The notes beneath the pieces are model-generated. The model saw only the letters and a list, made by a program, of their open reading frames with translations. It searched no databases and was not told the DNA's origin. Of a stretch of DNA of 64,000 nucleotides, positions 37,705 to 50,210 are shown piece after piece. The stretch comes from Mobula hypostoma (Eukaryota), in contig NC_086097.1 in the NCBI RefSeq assembly GCF_963921235.1, positions 179,120,001 to 179,184,000 of the forward strand. Reading direction: 5' to 3'. Made by a program: the position numbers and the translations under genes. Position 1 is the stretch's first letter, and each line of letters starts with the position of its first letter.

Positions 37705-38605
37705 GGAGCTTTTGGCACATTGGCCCTCGAGTACAGGAGTCAGGACATTGTGTTGAAGTTGTACAATATGTTGGTGAGGCCAAATTTGGAGTATTGTCCG
37801 CAATTCTGGACATCTCCCTGTAGGAAAGCTATCAATAAATTTAAAAGAGAGCAGAGAAAATTTACAAGGATGTTGCTGGAACGCGAGGCCCTGAGTTGTA
37901 GGGAAAGGTTGAAAAGGTTAAGACTTTTCCCTGGAGCACAGGAGACTGAGGAGAAATCTTATAGAACAACATGCACAAAATGCTGGACAAATTCAGCAAG
38001 CCAGGCTTTATCAAGGGAAGGGAATAAATAGTCAACATTTTGGGCCTAGACCCTTCATTGGACTGAAAAGGAAGATGGCAGAAGCCAGAATAAGAAGGTA
38101 GAGGGAGGGAAACGAGTACATATGAGGCCAGGAGAGGGGGAAGGTGGTGGCGGGGGCTCAGGTATGAAGGAAAAAGCTGGAAGATGATAGGTGGAAGGAG
38201 GAATCTAATAGGAGAGAACAGTGGACAAAGTATGAAAAGGAAGGAGGAGGGACACCAAAGGGATGAGGGGTATAGATCAGCCTTTTTCCCCTGGGTTGGG
38301 TGAGATGGAAACTAGAGGACATAGGTTTAGGCTGAAAGGTGAAATAATTATAGGGAATCTGAGGGGGAACTTTGTCACTCAGAGGGTGGTGCAAGTGTGG
38401 AACAGTGTTGCCGGCAGAAGTGGTAAATGCGGGTGTAATTGTAACATTTAAGAGAATTATGGATAGGTACATGGATAAGATGGGTGTGGAGGGCAATGGT
38501 ACGGTATAGATAGATGGGACTAGGTGGAAAGTTGGGTCAGCATGTACTAGGTGGGCTACAGGACTTGTTTCTGTGCTAAAGTGCTCTACGAGTCTATAAC
38601 TATGA
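37705..38605 (+). mobile_element. CR1 3' fragment with a minus-strand Penelope pLTR insert (about 37965-38262; degenerate hammerhead 38029-38065)
   Basis: ORFs 37720..38031 and 38263..38451; insert reads cagtc-CAATGA-agggtctaggccc-AAAATGTT-gacta on minus. Confidence 0.82.
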
Positions 38606-39416
38606 TTCATCTACACCTCTAACAGAATCGACCTGAATACAGAGAGAGAGGAGAGGGGAGAGAGAACACACTCCCTATCCACTTACCAGTGTTACGACCC
38701 TGTGGTTCCCCAGTAAATTATATAGAACGGATGCATCTGTGTTGAGGCAAATGACCCAAGCCAGCATCACAAACCCCTGTAACATCACAGTTAACCTTTG
38801 GCATCTCCCAGAACAGGCCGTACAGTGCTGGGATTGGAAAGGATCCAATACTAATCCCAAAGAAAGCAAACTGCATTATGATAGAGCTACATCTAAAAGA
38901 ACATATGCACGTTTAATTAATGTTATTGCTTCCTTTTGAGAAAGCTGGCCACAGCCTAGTGGTTTGAAAGATTTATCAGCAATCAGCTGGCCGGGTAGTT
39001 TAGAAATGAGGCAACAGCAAATGTTAGGAAGCTGCAACATGCGACGACAAGGACAGGTTGGAGACCCTGTATCCTGTGATGAACGGGTGGCAGCTACTGA
39101 CACACCAGGGCCTCTCCTCCTTCCACAAGGCACAGGTCCGCAGTGTGGTGGAACACTCTCCTCTTGTCTGCATTGAGTGCAGCTTCAATAACTCTTGAGA
39201 ACCACAGCACCACCCAGGACAAAGCAACCCATTTGACTGGCATCCCAAACCCCACTCTAGTCACATCCCCTTCGACCATCACCAATTCTTATAAATTCAC
39301 CACAGAAAGCATCCTATATGGATGCATCGCTGGTTGGTATGGCAACTGCTCTGCACGTGACAGCCGCAAAGTTATAGACACAGCTCAACACATGACAGAA
39401 ACCAGCTTCCCCTCCA

Positions 39417-39685
39417 CAATACACACAAGAGATTCTGCAGATGCTGGAAATCTAGAGTAGCACATACAAAATCGTGGAGGAACTTAGCAGGTCAGGCAGC
39501 ATCTATGGATAGCAATTAAACAGTCAACGTTTCAGGCTGAGACCCTTCATCAGGACTCCTGATGTCTTGATTAATTTTATTCCCAAGTCCTGATGAAGGG
39601 TCTCATCCCAAAACATCAACTGTTTATTCCTTTCTATAGATGTTGCTTGACTTGCTGAGTTCTTCCAGCATTTTGCAAGTGTTAC
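39417..39685. mobile_element. Head-to-head Penelope pLTR pair inserted in a Rex1 fragment (about 39285-40030, plus)
   Basis: Minus arm 39417-39557, plus arm 39586-39685; tcccctcca duplicated at 39408-39416 and 39686-39694. Confidence 0.85.
39522..39557 (-). ncRNA. Minimal type-I hammerhead ribozyme with intact catalytic core
   Basis: Minus strand agtc-CTGATGA-agggtctcagcct-GAAACGTT-gact: helix I agtc/gact, short helix II, palindromic AACGTT helix III, GUU triplet. Confidence 0.8.
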
Positions 39686-40409
39686 TCCCCTCCATGAGCT
39701 CTGTCTACGCTTCTCACTGCCACAAACACTGGTCATTCTCTCTTCTCCTCCTCCATCGGGCAGAAGATACAAAAGCCTGAAAGCTCATGTCACCAAGCTT
39801 AAGGACAGCCTCTAACCTGCTGTTAAAAGAACATTAAATGTTCCCTCCTACAATAAGATGGAATATTGGCCTCACAATCTACCTCACTATGAACTTGCAT
39901 CTTATTGCCTACCTGCACTGCACTTTACCTGTAACTGCTACACTTCATTCTGCATTCTGCTATTGTTTTACCTTGTACTACCTCAATGGACTGTGTAATG
40001 AAATGATCTGTATGGGTAGCATGCGAAGGAAATCCAGATTCAGATTGATTTATTTATCAGATGTACATTGAAACATACAGAGAAATGCATCACTTGTGTT
40101 AACAGCCAACACAGTCTATGGCTGAGCTTGGGACAGCCCACAGGTGTCACCACACATTCTGGCACCAACAGAGCATGTCCACCGTGTTAAGCAGAACAAG
40201 CCAAGCAGCGACAACAACAGCACAACCACAACAGAACAAGTCCCTTTCCCACCCTCCCACCCATGCACACAGACAAGCCTCCAGTCCCAGAACAGCCCAC
40301 CCCTGGCCATCAGACCTCTGTTCCTTGTATCTGAGATTCTAATGCAGGCAGTGAAACCATGACTTTCACAAGGCAGTGCTTGCTGTGCCTTTCCAGTCAT
40401 ACAGGACAT

Positions 40410-42378
40410 AAAAATAAAACAGTATAGCACAGGAGCAGGCCCTTCAGCCCATCAGGTTGTGCCAAACCAATTAAATTAGTAATCAAATGACTAACTACAC
40501 TAACCTCCTCTGCCTACACAAAGCCAATATCCCTCCATTTTCCTCACATTCATGTGCCTACCTAAACATTTCTTAAAAGTCTCTAATGTTTCCGCCTCTA
40601 CCACCATCCCAGGCAGTGCATTTCGGGTACCCACCTCTCCCTGTGTAAAAAAACTTGCCCTTCACATCTCCTTTAAGATTACCCCTTCTCGCCTTAAATG
40701 CATGCCCTCTGGTATTAGACATTTCAACCCGGGGAACAAGATACTGTCTGTCTGCTCTATCTACACCTCTCATAATCTCTTAAACTCTATCAGATCTCCC
40801 CTCAGCTTCTGCCACTCCAGAGAAGGCAACCCAAGTTTGTCCAACATCTCATTATAGCACATGCCCTCTAAACCAGGCAGCATCCTGGTAAACCTCTTCT
40901 GCACCTTCTCCCAAGTCATCACATCCTTCCTGGAATGGGGTGATGAGAACTGTATGCAACACTCCAGATGTGGCCGAACTAAAGTTTTATAAAACTGTAA
41001 CATAACTTCCTGACTTTTGAACTCATTGCCTCAGCTAATAAAGGCAAGTATGCCATATGCCTTCTTCACCACCCTGTGCAGCCACTTTCTGGGAGCTAGG
41101 AACTTGAACCCCAAGACTCCTCTGCTCCTCAACACTGTTAAGACTCACTAGTCTATAGTTTCCAGGACTATCCCTGGTTCCATTCTTGAACAATGAAACA
41201 ATATTAGCTACTCACCAATCCTCCAGGACCTTGCCGGTAGCTCGAAAGGACACAAAGATATTGGTCAAGGACACAGCAATCACCTCACTTACCTCTCTCA
41301 ATACCCTGGGGTATATCCCATCACTCCAAAATGCCCTAGTATATTAATACTTTTGACACTATCCTCCACAACATTTTCCTTAGTAAATACTGATGTAAAG
41401 TACTCATTAATGACCTCACCCAAACCCTGCACATCCAAGCAAATGTTCCCCCCTTTATCCCACATTATCCCTAGTTATCCTCTTGCTCCTGATGTCTGTA
41501 TAGAAACCCTGGGATTCTCTTTAATCATACTTGCCAAGGACTTTTCATGGCTCCTCCTGGCTTTCCCAGTTCCTTTCTTGTGTTCTTCCCTGGCTTCATT
41601 ATAATCCTGAAGTGCTCTGTTTGATTCGAGCTTCCTAAATTTTACATACTTTTCCATTTTCTTCTTGAGTAAACTCATCACCCCCCTCAACATCAAAGAT
41701 TCCCTTATTTTGCCATTTGTCCTTCCTCCTGACTGTAACATTCTGTATCTGTGCAGTTGGTCTTTAAGTATCCTCCACATGTCAGATGTGGACTTGTCAA
41801 AAACAGCTGCTCCCAATGAACTCTCCCCAGATCCTGCCTAATGCTCTCATAATTTGACCCGCTTCAGTTCAATACTCTCCCGCAAAGTCCATACTTATCC
41901 TTACCTATAGCTATCTTAAAACCTAAGGAGTTGTGATCACTGTTCCCTAACTGCTCACCCACTGAACAGTCAGTCACCTGGTCAGGCTCATTACTCAACA
42001 GCCCCTCCTCTTGTTGGACGATCTATATTTGATTTAAGATAGCCTCCTGGATGTACATAACAAATTCTGCCCCATCTAAACCACTTGCACTAAGAAAGTC
42101 CCAGTTTATATTAGGGAAGATGAAGATTTCCCATGGCAGCAACCCTATCGTGTTTACACCTTTCCTTAATCTGCCTGCATATCTGTTCCTTAATGTCCCG
42201 ATGTCTACTGCAGGGGGGGGTGCTGTAGTACAATCCCACCCTTTCTGCCTGAAGTTCTGACCGTATAAACTCAATGGAAGAGCCTTCCACAATGCCCCCC
42301 CTGAGGGCAGCTGTGGTATTGTCTCTGATAAGTAGTGCAGCTCCACCCCCCGTTTTACCTCCCTCACCTGGGTCACAC
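40410..42378 (-). mobile_element. CR1 sequence: 3' end joined to upstream ORF2 (AP-endonuclease/linker) pieces
   Basis: ORFs 40573..40773, 40770..41003, 41475..41816, 42023..42376, 42111..42380 (GGGAALLIRD; NINWD). Confidence 0.85.
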
Positions 42379-42432
42379 ACTCAGCATCTTCTCAGGATTA
42401 AATCTGCAGGAGTAGCACAGCAGGTACAGCCA

Positions 42433-45167
42433 CTCTGTAACCCCCTCAGCCCCTACACCCCTCCCTGTCTCTGTAACCCCCTCAGTCCCTACACCCCTCC
42501 CTGTCTCTGTAACCCCCTCAGTCCCTACACCCCTCCCTGTCTCTGTAACCCCCTCGGCCCCTACACCCCTCCCTGTCTCTGTAACCCCCTCGGCCCCTAC
42601 ACCCCTCCCTGTCTCTGTAACCCCCTCGGTCCCTACACCCCTCCCTGTCTCTGTAACCCCCTCGGCCCCTACACCCCTCCCTGTCTCTGTAACCCCCTCG
42701 GCCCCTACACCCCTCCCTGTCTCTGTAACCCCCTCGGCCCCTACACCCCTCCCTGTCTCTGTAACCCCCTCGGCCCCTACACCCCTCCCTGTCTCTGTAA
42801 CCCCCTCGGCCCCTACACCCCTCCCTGTCTCTGTAACCCCCTCGGCCCCTACACCCCTCCCTGTCTCTGTAACCCCCTCGGCCCCTACGCCCCTCCCTGT
42901 CTCTGTAACCCCCTCGGCCCCTACACCCCTCCCTGTCTCTGTAACCCCCTCGGTCCCTACACCCCTCCCTGTCTCTGTAACCCCCTCGGCCCCTACGCCC
43001 CTCCCTGTCTCTGTAACCCCCTCGGCCCCTACACCCCTCCCTGTCTCTGTAACCCCCTCGGTCCCTACACCCCTCCCTGTCTCTGTAACCCCCTCGGCCC
43101 CTACACCCCTCCCTGTCTCTGTAACCCCCTCGGTCCCTACACCCCTCCCTGTCTCTGTAACCCCCTCAGCCCCTACACCCCTCCCTGTCTCTGTAACCCC
43201 CTCGGCCCCTACACCCCTCCCTGTCTCTGTAACCCCCTCAGCCCCAACACCCCGCCCTGTCTCTGTAACCCCCTCAGCCCCTACACCCCTCGCTATCTCT
43301 GTAACCAGCTCCCATCACTACACCCCTCCCTGTCTCTGTAACCCCCTCAGCCCCTACACCCCTCCCTGTCTCTGTAACCCCCTCAGTCCCTACACCCCTC
43401 CCTGTCTCTGTAACCCCCTCAGCCCCTACACCCCTCGCTATCTCTGTAACCCCCTCAGCCCCTACACCCCTCCCTGTCTCTGTAACCCCCTCAGCCCCTA
43501 CACCCCTCGCTATCTCTGTAACCCCCTCAGCCCCTACACCCCTCGCTATCTCTGTAACCAGCTCCCATCACTACACCCCTCCCTGTCTCTGTAACCCCCT
43601 CAGCCCCTACACCCCTCCCTGTCTCTGTAACCCCCTCAGCCCCTACACCCCTCGCTATCTCTGTAACCCCCTCAGCCCCTACACCCCTCCCTGTCTCTGT
43701 AACCCCCTCAGCCCCTACACCTCTCCCTGTCTCTGTAACCCCCTCGGCCCCTACACCCCTCCCTGTCTCTGTAACCCCCTCAGCCCCTACACCCCTCACT
43801 ATCTCTGTAACCAGCTCCCATCACTACACCCCTCCCTGTCTCTGTAACCCCCTCAGCCCCTACACCCCTCCCTGTCTCTGTAACCCCCTCGGCCCCTACA
43901 CCCCTCCCTGTCTCTGTAACCCCCTCGGCCCCTACACCCCTCCCTGTCTCTGTAACCCCCTCGGTCCCTACACCCCTCCCTGTCTCTGTAACCCCCTCAG
44001 CCCCTACACCCCTCCCTGTCTCTGTAACCCCCTCGGCCCCTACACCCCTCCCTGTCTCTGTAACCCCCTCAGCCCCTACACCCCTCCCTGTCTCTGTAAC
44101 CCCCTCAGCCCCTACACCCCTCGCTATCTCTGTAACCAGCTCCCATCACTACACCCCTCCCTGTCTCTGTAACCCCCTCAGCCCCTACACCCCTCCCTGT
44201 CTCTGTAACCCCCTCAGCCCCTACACCCCTCGCTATCTCTGTAACCAGCTCCCATCACTACACCCCTCCGTCTCTGTAACCCCCTCAGCCCCTACACCCC
44301 TCCCTGTCTCTGTAACCCCCTCAGCCCCTACACCCCTCGCTATCTCTGTAACCCCCTCAGCCCCTACACCCCTCCCTGTCTCTGTAACCCCCTCAGCCCC
44401 TACACCCCTCGCTATCTCTGTAACCCTCTCAGCCCCTACACCCCTCGCTATCTCTGTAACCAGCTCCCATCACTACACCCCTCCCTGTCTCTGTAACCCC
44501 CTCAGCCCCTACACCCCTCCCTGTCTCTGTAACCCCCTCAGCCCCTACACCCCTCGCTATCTCTGTAACCCCCTCAGCCCCTACACCCCTCGCTATCTCT
44601 GTCACCAGCTCCCATCACTATACCCCTCCCTATCTCTGTTACCTGCACTGGTCCCTACGCCCTCCCTATCTCTGTAACCCCCTCGGTCCCTACACCCCTC
44701 CCTATCTCTGTAACCTTTTCAGCCCCTGCATCCATCCCTATCATTGTACCTTGTTCTGGTCCCTGCACCCCTCCCTATCTCCATAAGACCCCTGGCCCCT
44801 GCACCCCTCCCCAACTCTGTAACCAGCTCCCATCCCTACACCCCACCCTGTCTCTCTAACCTCCTTGAACCCTATGCTTCTCCCTATCTCTGTAATCCCC
44901 TCAGCCCCTACACCCCTCCCTATCTCTGTAACCCCCTCGGCCCCTACACCCCTCCCTATCTCTGTAATCCCCTCGGCCCCTACACCCCTCCCTATCTCTG
45001 TAACCCCCTCAGCCCTTACACTATCTCTGTAATCCCCTCGGCCCCTACACCCCTCCCTATCTCTGTAATCCCCTCGGCCCCTACACTCCTCCCTATCTCT
45101 GTAACCCCCTTGGCCCCTACACCCCTCCCTATCTCTGTAATCCCCTCAGCCCCTAAACTCTGTAACT
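42433..45167. repeat. 36-bp minisatellite, about 75 units, consensus CTCTGTAACCCCCTCRGCCCCTACACCCCTCCCTRT
   Basis: Directly visible; near-perfect on the left, interspersed 37-bp variant in the middle, diverged after about 44620. Confidence 0.98.
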
Positions 45168-45809
45168 ATTTCTGGTTCCTATATCCCTTTTTGTCTCTGT
45201 GATCCTTGAGTTTGAGTACAGGTGGTATCGCCACGTTCCTGATGCTGAAATCTGGAGGTCCTGCCTCGAACCTCCACCTCCCCTTCTATCGTTCCCTGAG
45301 GCACTCCATAAAACCTCTCTCACAGTCCGGGTGGTTGCTCATCCTAATGTCGTCTATCATGACATGGTGATTAGCACTTGCTATGTCCCCTTGGGTGGTT
45401 ATGTGGCATTGGATACGAGTCTGTGTTGAACTGGTGAGCGCACCTTGTCAGCATGACCAGCTCTGCAGAGGCTTTGCACAGATACAGTCCAGAGCAAAAT
45501 TCTGTCACCCTTCCATTAATGCCACGAAAGTGTCAGCAGTCTGAAATTCTAACTTTAAGAGCAATTACTCACAGGGAATGAGAAAGATTTATTAGCAGAC
45601 TTCTCAGTCTGTTTTCTGAGTCACACTAACCAGCCAAGTTACAGTCAACGATAATTAATTAACATCTGAAAAGGCAGTTGGCCCCAGACAAATGTAATTT
45701 GCAGTCACAAACTAACAGTGCAGGATAAAGAAATCGTTCAAACATGGAGAGACCATGGGGAGAAGGAGATAAGCAATTGGAATTAGACAGCACCCTTAAC
45801 GTGACTAAA

Positions 45810-46540
45810 CAACCTAGCTGCTCTGCCCATGACCACAAGAAATTACAGAGAGTTGTGGACACAATCCAGCGCCCCGTGGAAACCAGCCTCCATTCCAATG
45901 ATTCCATCTACACTTCTCGCTGCCTCAGTAAAGAAACTAGCCGCCTCCCCCATCAGGCAGAAGATACAAGAGCCTCAAGGACAGCTTCTACTCAACTGTT
46001 TTAAAACTATTAAACAGTCCCATACTACGATAAGATAGACTCCTGACCTTACAATCTACTTTGTTATGACCTTGCACCTTATTGTCTATCTGCACTGCAT
46101 TTTCTCTGTAACTGTTACACTTTAGTCCATATGCTGCTGTTGATTTTTTGTGTATTACCTCAATGTACTGTTATAACTACAGTTCAGCTTTCAATACCAT
46201 CATTCCAGTAAAACTAATCACAAGCTCCAAGACTCTGGCCTCAGTGCCTCCTTGTAAAATTGGATCCTGGAGTTCCTCACCTGCAGACCCCAGTCAGTTC
46301 TGATTTACAACGACATTTCCTCCACAGTCTCCATCAGCACAGGTGCACCGCAAGGCTGTGTGTTTAGTCCCCTGCTTTACATCAGTAGCTGTGTAACTAA
46401 GCACAGCTCCAATGCCATATTCAAGTTTGCTGATGGCACCACTATCAAAGGTGGCGATGAATCAGTGAACAAGAGGGAGATTGAAAATTTGACGGAGTGG
46501 TGTCATAACAACCTCTTTGACAATGTCAGCATGACCAAGG
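45810..46540 (+). mobile_element. Two degenerate Rex1/Babar fragments
   Basis: DHKKLQRVVDT (45744..46004) and AIFKFADG (46360..46563). Confidence 0.8.
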
Positions 46541-47394
46541 AACCACACACTTCCCTACACTAGACTCCATACCTGTCCTGTTAGTGCTTCACTGCTCCAG
46601 GGACCCACGTTCAACCCCGACTCCAATGATCTTTCTGTACAGTCTCTATACCCTGTGGCTCTCTACAAGACAGTAAGGCCCTGAGGCAAAATTAGGCCCT
46701 ATAGCCCATCAAGTCTGCTCCAGCAGTCAATCTTGGCTGATTTATTATTCCCTCTCAACCCATTTTCTTGTCTTCACAAAAAACTCATCACTAAATTCCA
46801 GATGCTGGGAGTCAATGCCTCCCTCTGCAATTGGCTCCTTGACTGCCTGAACAACAGCCCATGATCAGTAAGGATAAGCAACACACCTCTGCCATGATTA
46901 TTCTAAACACTGGTGCTCAACAAGCTTGTGCCCACAGCCCCCTTACTCTGTTAGCCATGGAGGAATTAAAATATGGAAGGAAACATCTAAATTGAATGGG
47001 TTAAGGACAGTGGAAGAGACTAAACCAGATGTCTTTGTTCTTGCCGTGTGCTTGAAGGAATGGAGACTGCCATTTTGTGAAGCTGCTCTGTAACTTCCAT
47101 TTTGTGAACTTTTTGAGGAACTGGTTCTTGATCTGGGAGAACTTACATCAAAGCAATTGAACGTGGACAAAAGGAGATTCTGCTACTGATCTGCTAAGTC
47201 TGAAATCATTCTCAGATAAGCTGTTTATTGTGTATAATGGAGGGTTGGAAAGTAATCTTCTTATCTCCCAGGGTCCGGGAGACCCAGTTTGACAGTTTTG
47301 AACCAGAGTCAAATAAAATAAAAGAAGTCGCCTAAGGCACAAAGTTCTGTAGCCTTTGGACTACATCCAATGGGAATCTGACATGGGTTAATCA

Positions 47395-50210
47395 TATAAC
47401 CATATAACAATTACAGCATGGAAACAGGCCATCTTGGCCCTTCTAGTCCATGCCAAACTCTTACTCTCACCTAGTCCCACCGACCTGCACTCAGCCCATA
47501 ACCCTCCATTCCTTTCCTGTCCATATAGCTATCCAATTTAACTTTAAATGCAACATTGAACCTGCCTCAACCACTTCTGCTGGAAGCTCATTCCACACAG
47601 CTACCACTCTCTGAGTAAAGTTCCCCCTCATGTTACCCCTAAACTTTTGTCCCCTAACTCTCAGCTCACGTCCTCTTGTTTGAATCTCCCCTACTCTCAA
47701 TGGAAAAAGCCTATCCACGTCAACTCTATCTATCCCCCTCATAATTTTAAATACCTCTATCAAGTTCCCCCTCAACCTTCTACGCTCCAAAGACTAAAGA
47801 CCCAACTTGTTCAACCTTTCTCTGTAACTTAGGAGATGAAACCCAGGCAACAGTCTAGTAACATAGGAGATTAGTGGGCAAAATTAGGGCACATGGTATT
47901 GGGGGCAGAGTACTGACATGGATTGAAAATTGGCTGGCTGACAGAAAACAAAGAGTAGCAATTAACGGGTCCCTTTTGGAATGGCAGGCGGTGACCAGTG
48001 GGGTACCGCAGCTGTTTACTATATATATTAATGATTTAGATGAGGGAATTAAAAGTAACATTAGCAAGTTTTCTGATGACACAAAGCTGGGTGGCGGTGT
48101 GAAATGTGAGGAGGATGTTATGAGAATGCAGGGTGACTTGGACAGGCTGGGTGAGTGGGCAGATGCATAGCAGATGCAGTTTAATGTGGATAGATGTGAG
48201 GTTATTCACTTTAGTGGTAAGAACGGGAAGGCAGATTATTATCTAAATGGAATCAAGTTAGGAAAAGGGGAAGTACAACGAGATCTAGGTGTTCTTGTAC
48301 ATCAGTCACTGAAAGCAAGCATGCAAGTACAGCAGGCAGTGAAGAAAGCTAATGGCATGCTGACCTTCATAACAAGGGGAATTGAGTATAAGAGCAAAGA
48401 GGTCCTTCTGCAGCTGTACAGGGCCCTGGTGAGACCACACCTGGAGTACTGTGTGCAGTTTTAGTCTCCAAATTTGAGGAAGGACATTCTTGCTGTTGAG
48501 GGAGTGCAGTGTAGGTTCACAAGGTTAATTCCCGAGATGGCGGGACGGTCATATGTCGAAAGATTGGAGCGACTGGGCTTGTATACTCTGGAATTTAGAA
48601 GGCTGAGAGGGGATCTTATTGAAACATATAAGATTATTAAGGGATTGGACACGCTGGAGGCAGGAAGCATGTTCCCGCTGATGGGTGAGTCCAGAACCAG
48701 AGGCCACAGTTTAAGAATAAGGGGTAGGCCATTTAGAACGGAGTTGAGGAAAAACTTTTTCACCCAGAGAGTGGTGGATATATGGGATGCTCTGACCCAG
48801 AAGGCTGTGGAGGCCAAGTCTCCGGATGTTTTCAAGAAAGAGATGGATAGAGCTCTTAAAGATAGCGGAATCAAAGGTTATGGGGATAAGGCAAGAACTG
48901 GATACTGATTGTGGATGATCAACCATGATCACAGTGAATGGCGGTGCTGACTCGAAGGGCCAAATGGCCTACTCCTGCACCTATTGTCTATTAAATCTCC
49001 TCTGTACTCTCTCAATTTTGTTGACATCTTTCCTATAATTTGGTGACCAGAACTGTACACACTACTCCAAATTTGGCCTTACCAATGCCTTGTACAATTT
49101 CAACATTACATCCCAACTCCTATACTCAATGCTCTGATTTATAAAGGCCAGCATGCCAAAAGCTTTCTTCACCACCCTATCCACATGAGATTCCACCTTC
49201 AGGGGACTATGCACCATTAATCCTAGATCCCTCTGTTCTACTGCATTCTTCAATGCCCTACCATTTACCATGTACGTCCTATTTTGATTAGTCCTACCAA
49301 AATGTAGCACCTCACATTTATCAGCATTAAACTCCATCTGCCATCTTTCAGCCCACTCTTCTAATTGGCCTAAATCTTTCAGCAAGCTTTGAAAACCTAC
49401 TTCATTATCCACAACTCCACCTATCTTAATATCATCTGCATACTTACTAATCCAATTTACCACCCCATCATCCAGATTATTAATATATAAGACAAACAAT
49501 ATTGAACCCAGTACAGATCCCTGAGGCACACCACTAGACACCACCCTCCAGTCTGACAAACAGTTATCCACCACTACTCTCTGGCGTCTCCCATCCAGCC
49601 ACTGCTGAATCCATTTTACTACTTCGATATTAATACCTAACGATTGAACCTTCCTACCTAACCTTCTGTATGGAACCTTATCAAAGGCCTTACTGAAGTC
49701 CATATAGACAACATCCACTGCTTTACCCTTGTCAACTTTCCTAGTAACCTCTTCAAAAAATTCAATAAGATTTGTCAACCATGACCTTCCACGCACAAAT
49801 CCATGTTGACTGTTCCTAATCAGACCCTGTCTATCCAGATAATTATATATACCATCTCTAAGAATACTTTCCATCAATTTACCCACCACTGACATTAAAC
49901 TCACAGGTTGATAATTGCTAGGTTTACTCTTAGAACCCTTTTTAAACAATGGAACAACATGAGCAATACGCCAATTCTCCGGCACCATCCCCGTTTCTAA
50001 TACCATTTGAAATATTTCTGTCAGAGCCACTGTTATTTCCACACTAACTTCCCTCAAGGTCGAGGGAATATCCTGTCAGGACCTGGAGACTTATCCACTT
50101 TTATATTCCTTAAAAGCGCCAGTACTTCCTCTTCTTTAATCATCATACTTTCCATAACTACCCTTCTTGTTTCCCTTACCTTACACAATTCAACATCCTT
50201 CTCCTTAGTG
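47395..50210 (-). mobile_element. Young CR1 (47395-47861 and 48992-50210) with long open RT frame
   Basis: ORF 49062..50057 (WRIAHVVPLFKKG, SQHGFVRGRS, DFSKAFDKVP, GVPQGSVLG, KYADD) and ORF 47491..47790; aatca at both junctions (47390-47394, 50211-50215). Confidence 0.93.
47862..48991 (+). mobile_element. Young CR1 3' fragment nested in the CR1 above
   Basis: ORFs 47874..48170, 48174..48464, 48474..48908; tail ctcctgcacctattgtctat. Confidence 0.93.

Noticed and set aside
42274..43341. 355-aa Pro/Cys-rich ORF
   Set aside because: Results from a stop-free 36-bp unit; it starts in antisense CR1 sequence and shifts frame at the first 37-bp variant
42433..45167. CRISPR-like 36-bp periodicity
   Set aside because: Units are contiguous with no unique spacers, no cas genes, eukaryotic context
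49062..50057. 331-aa RT ORF as a host gene or retron-like RT
   Set aside because: Standard CR1 ORF2 fragment, 5'-truncated and separated from its C-terminus by another CR1
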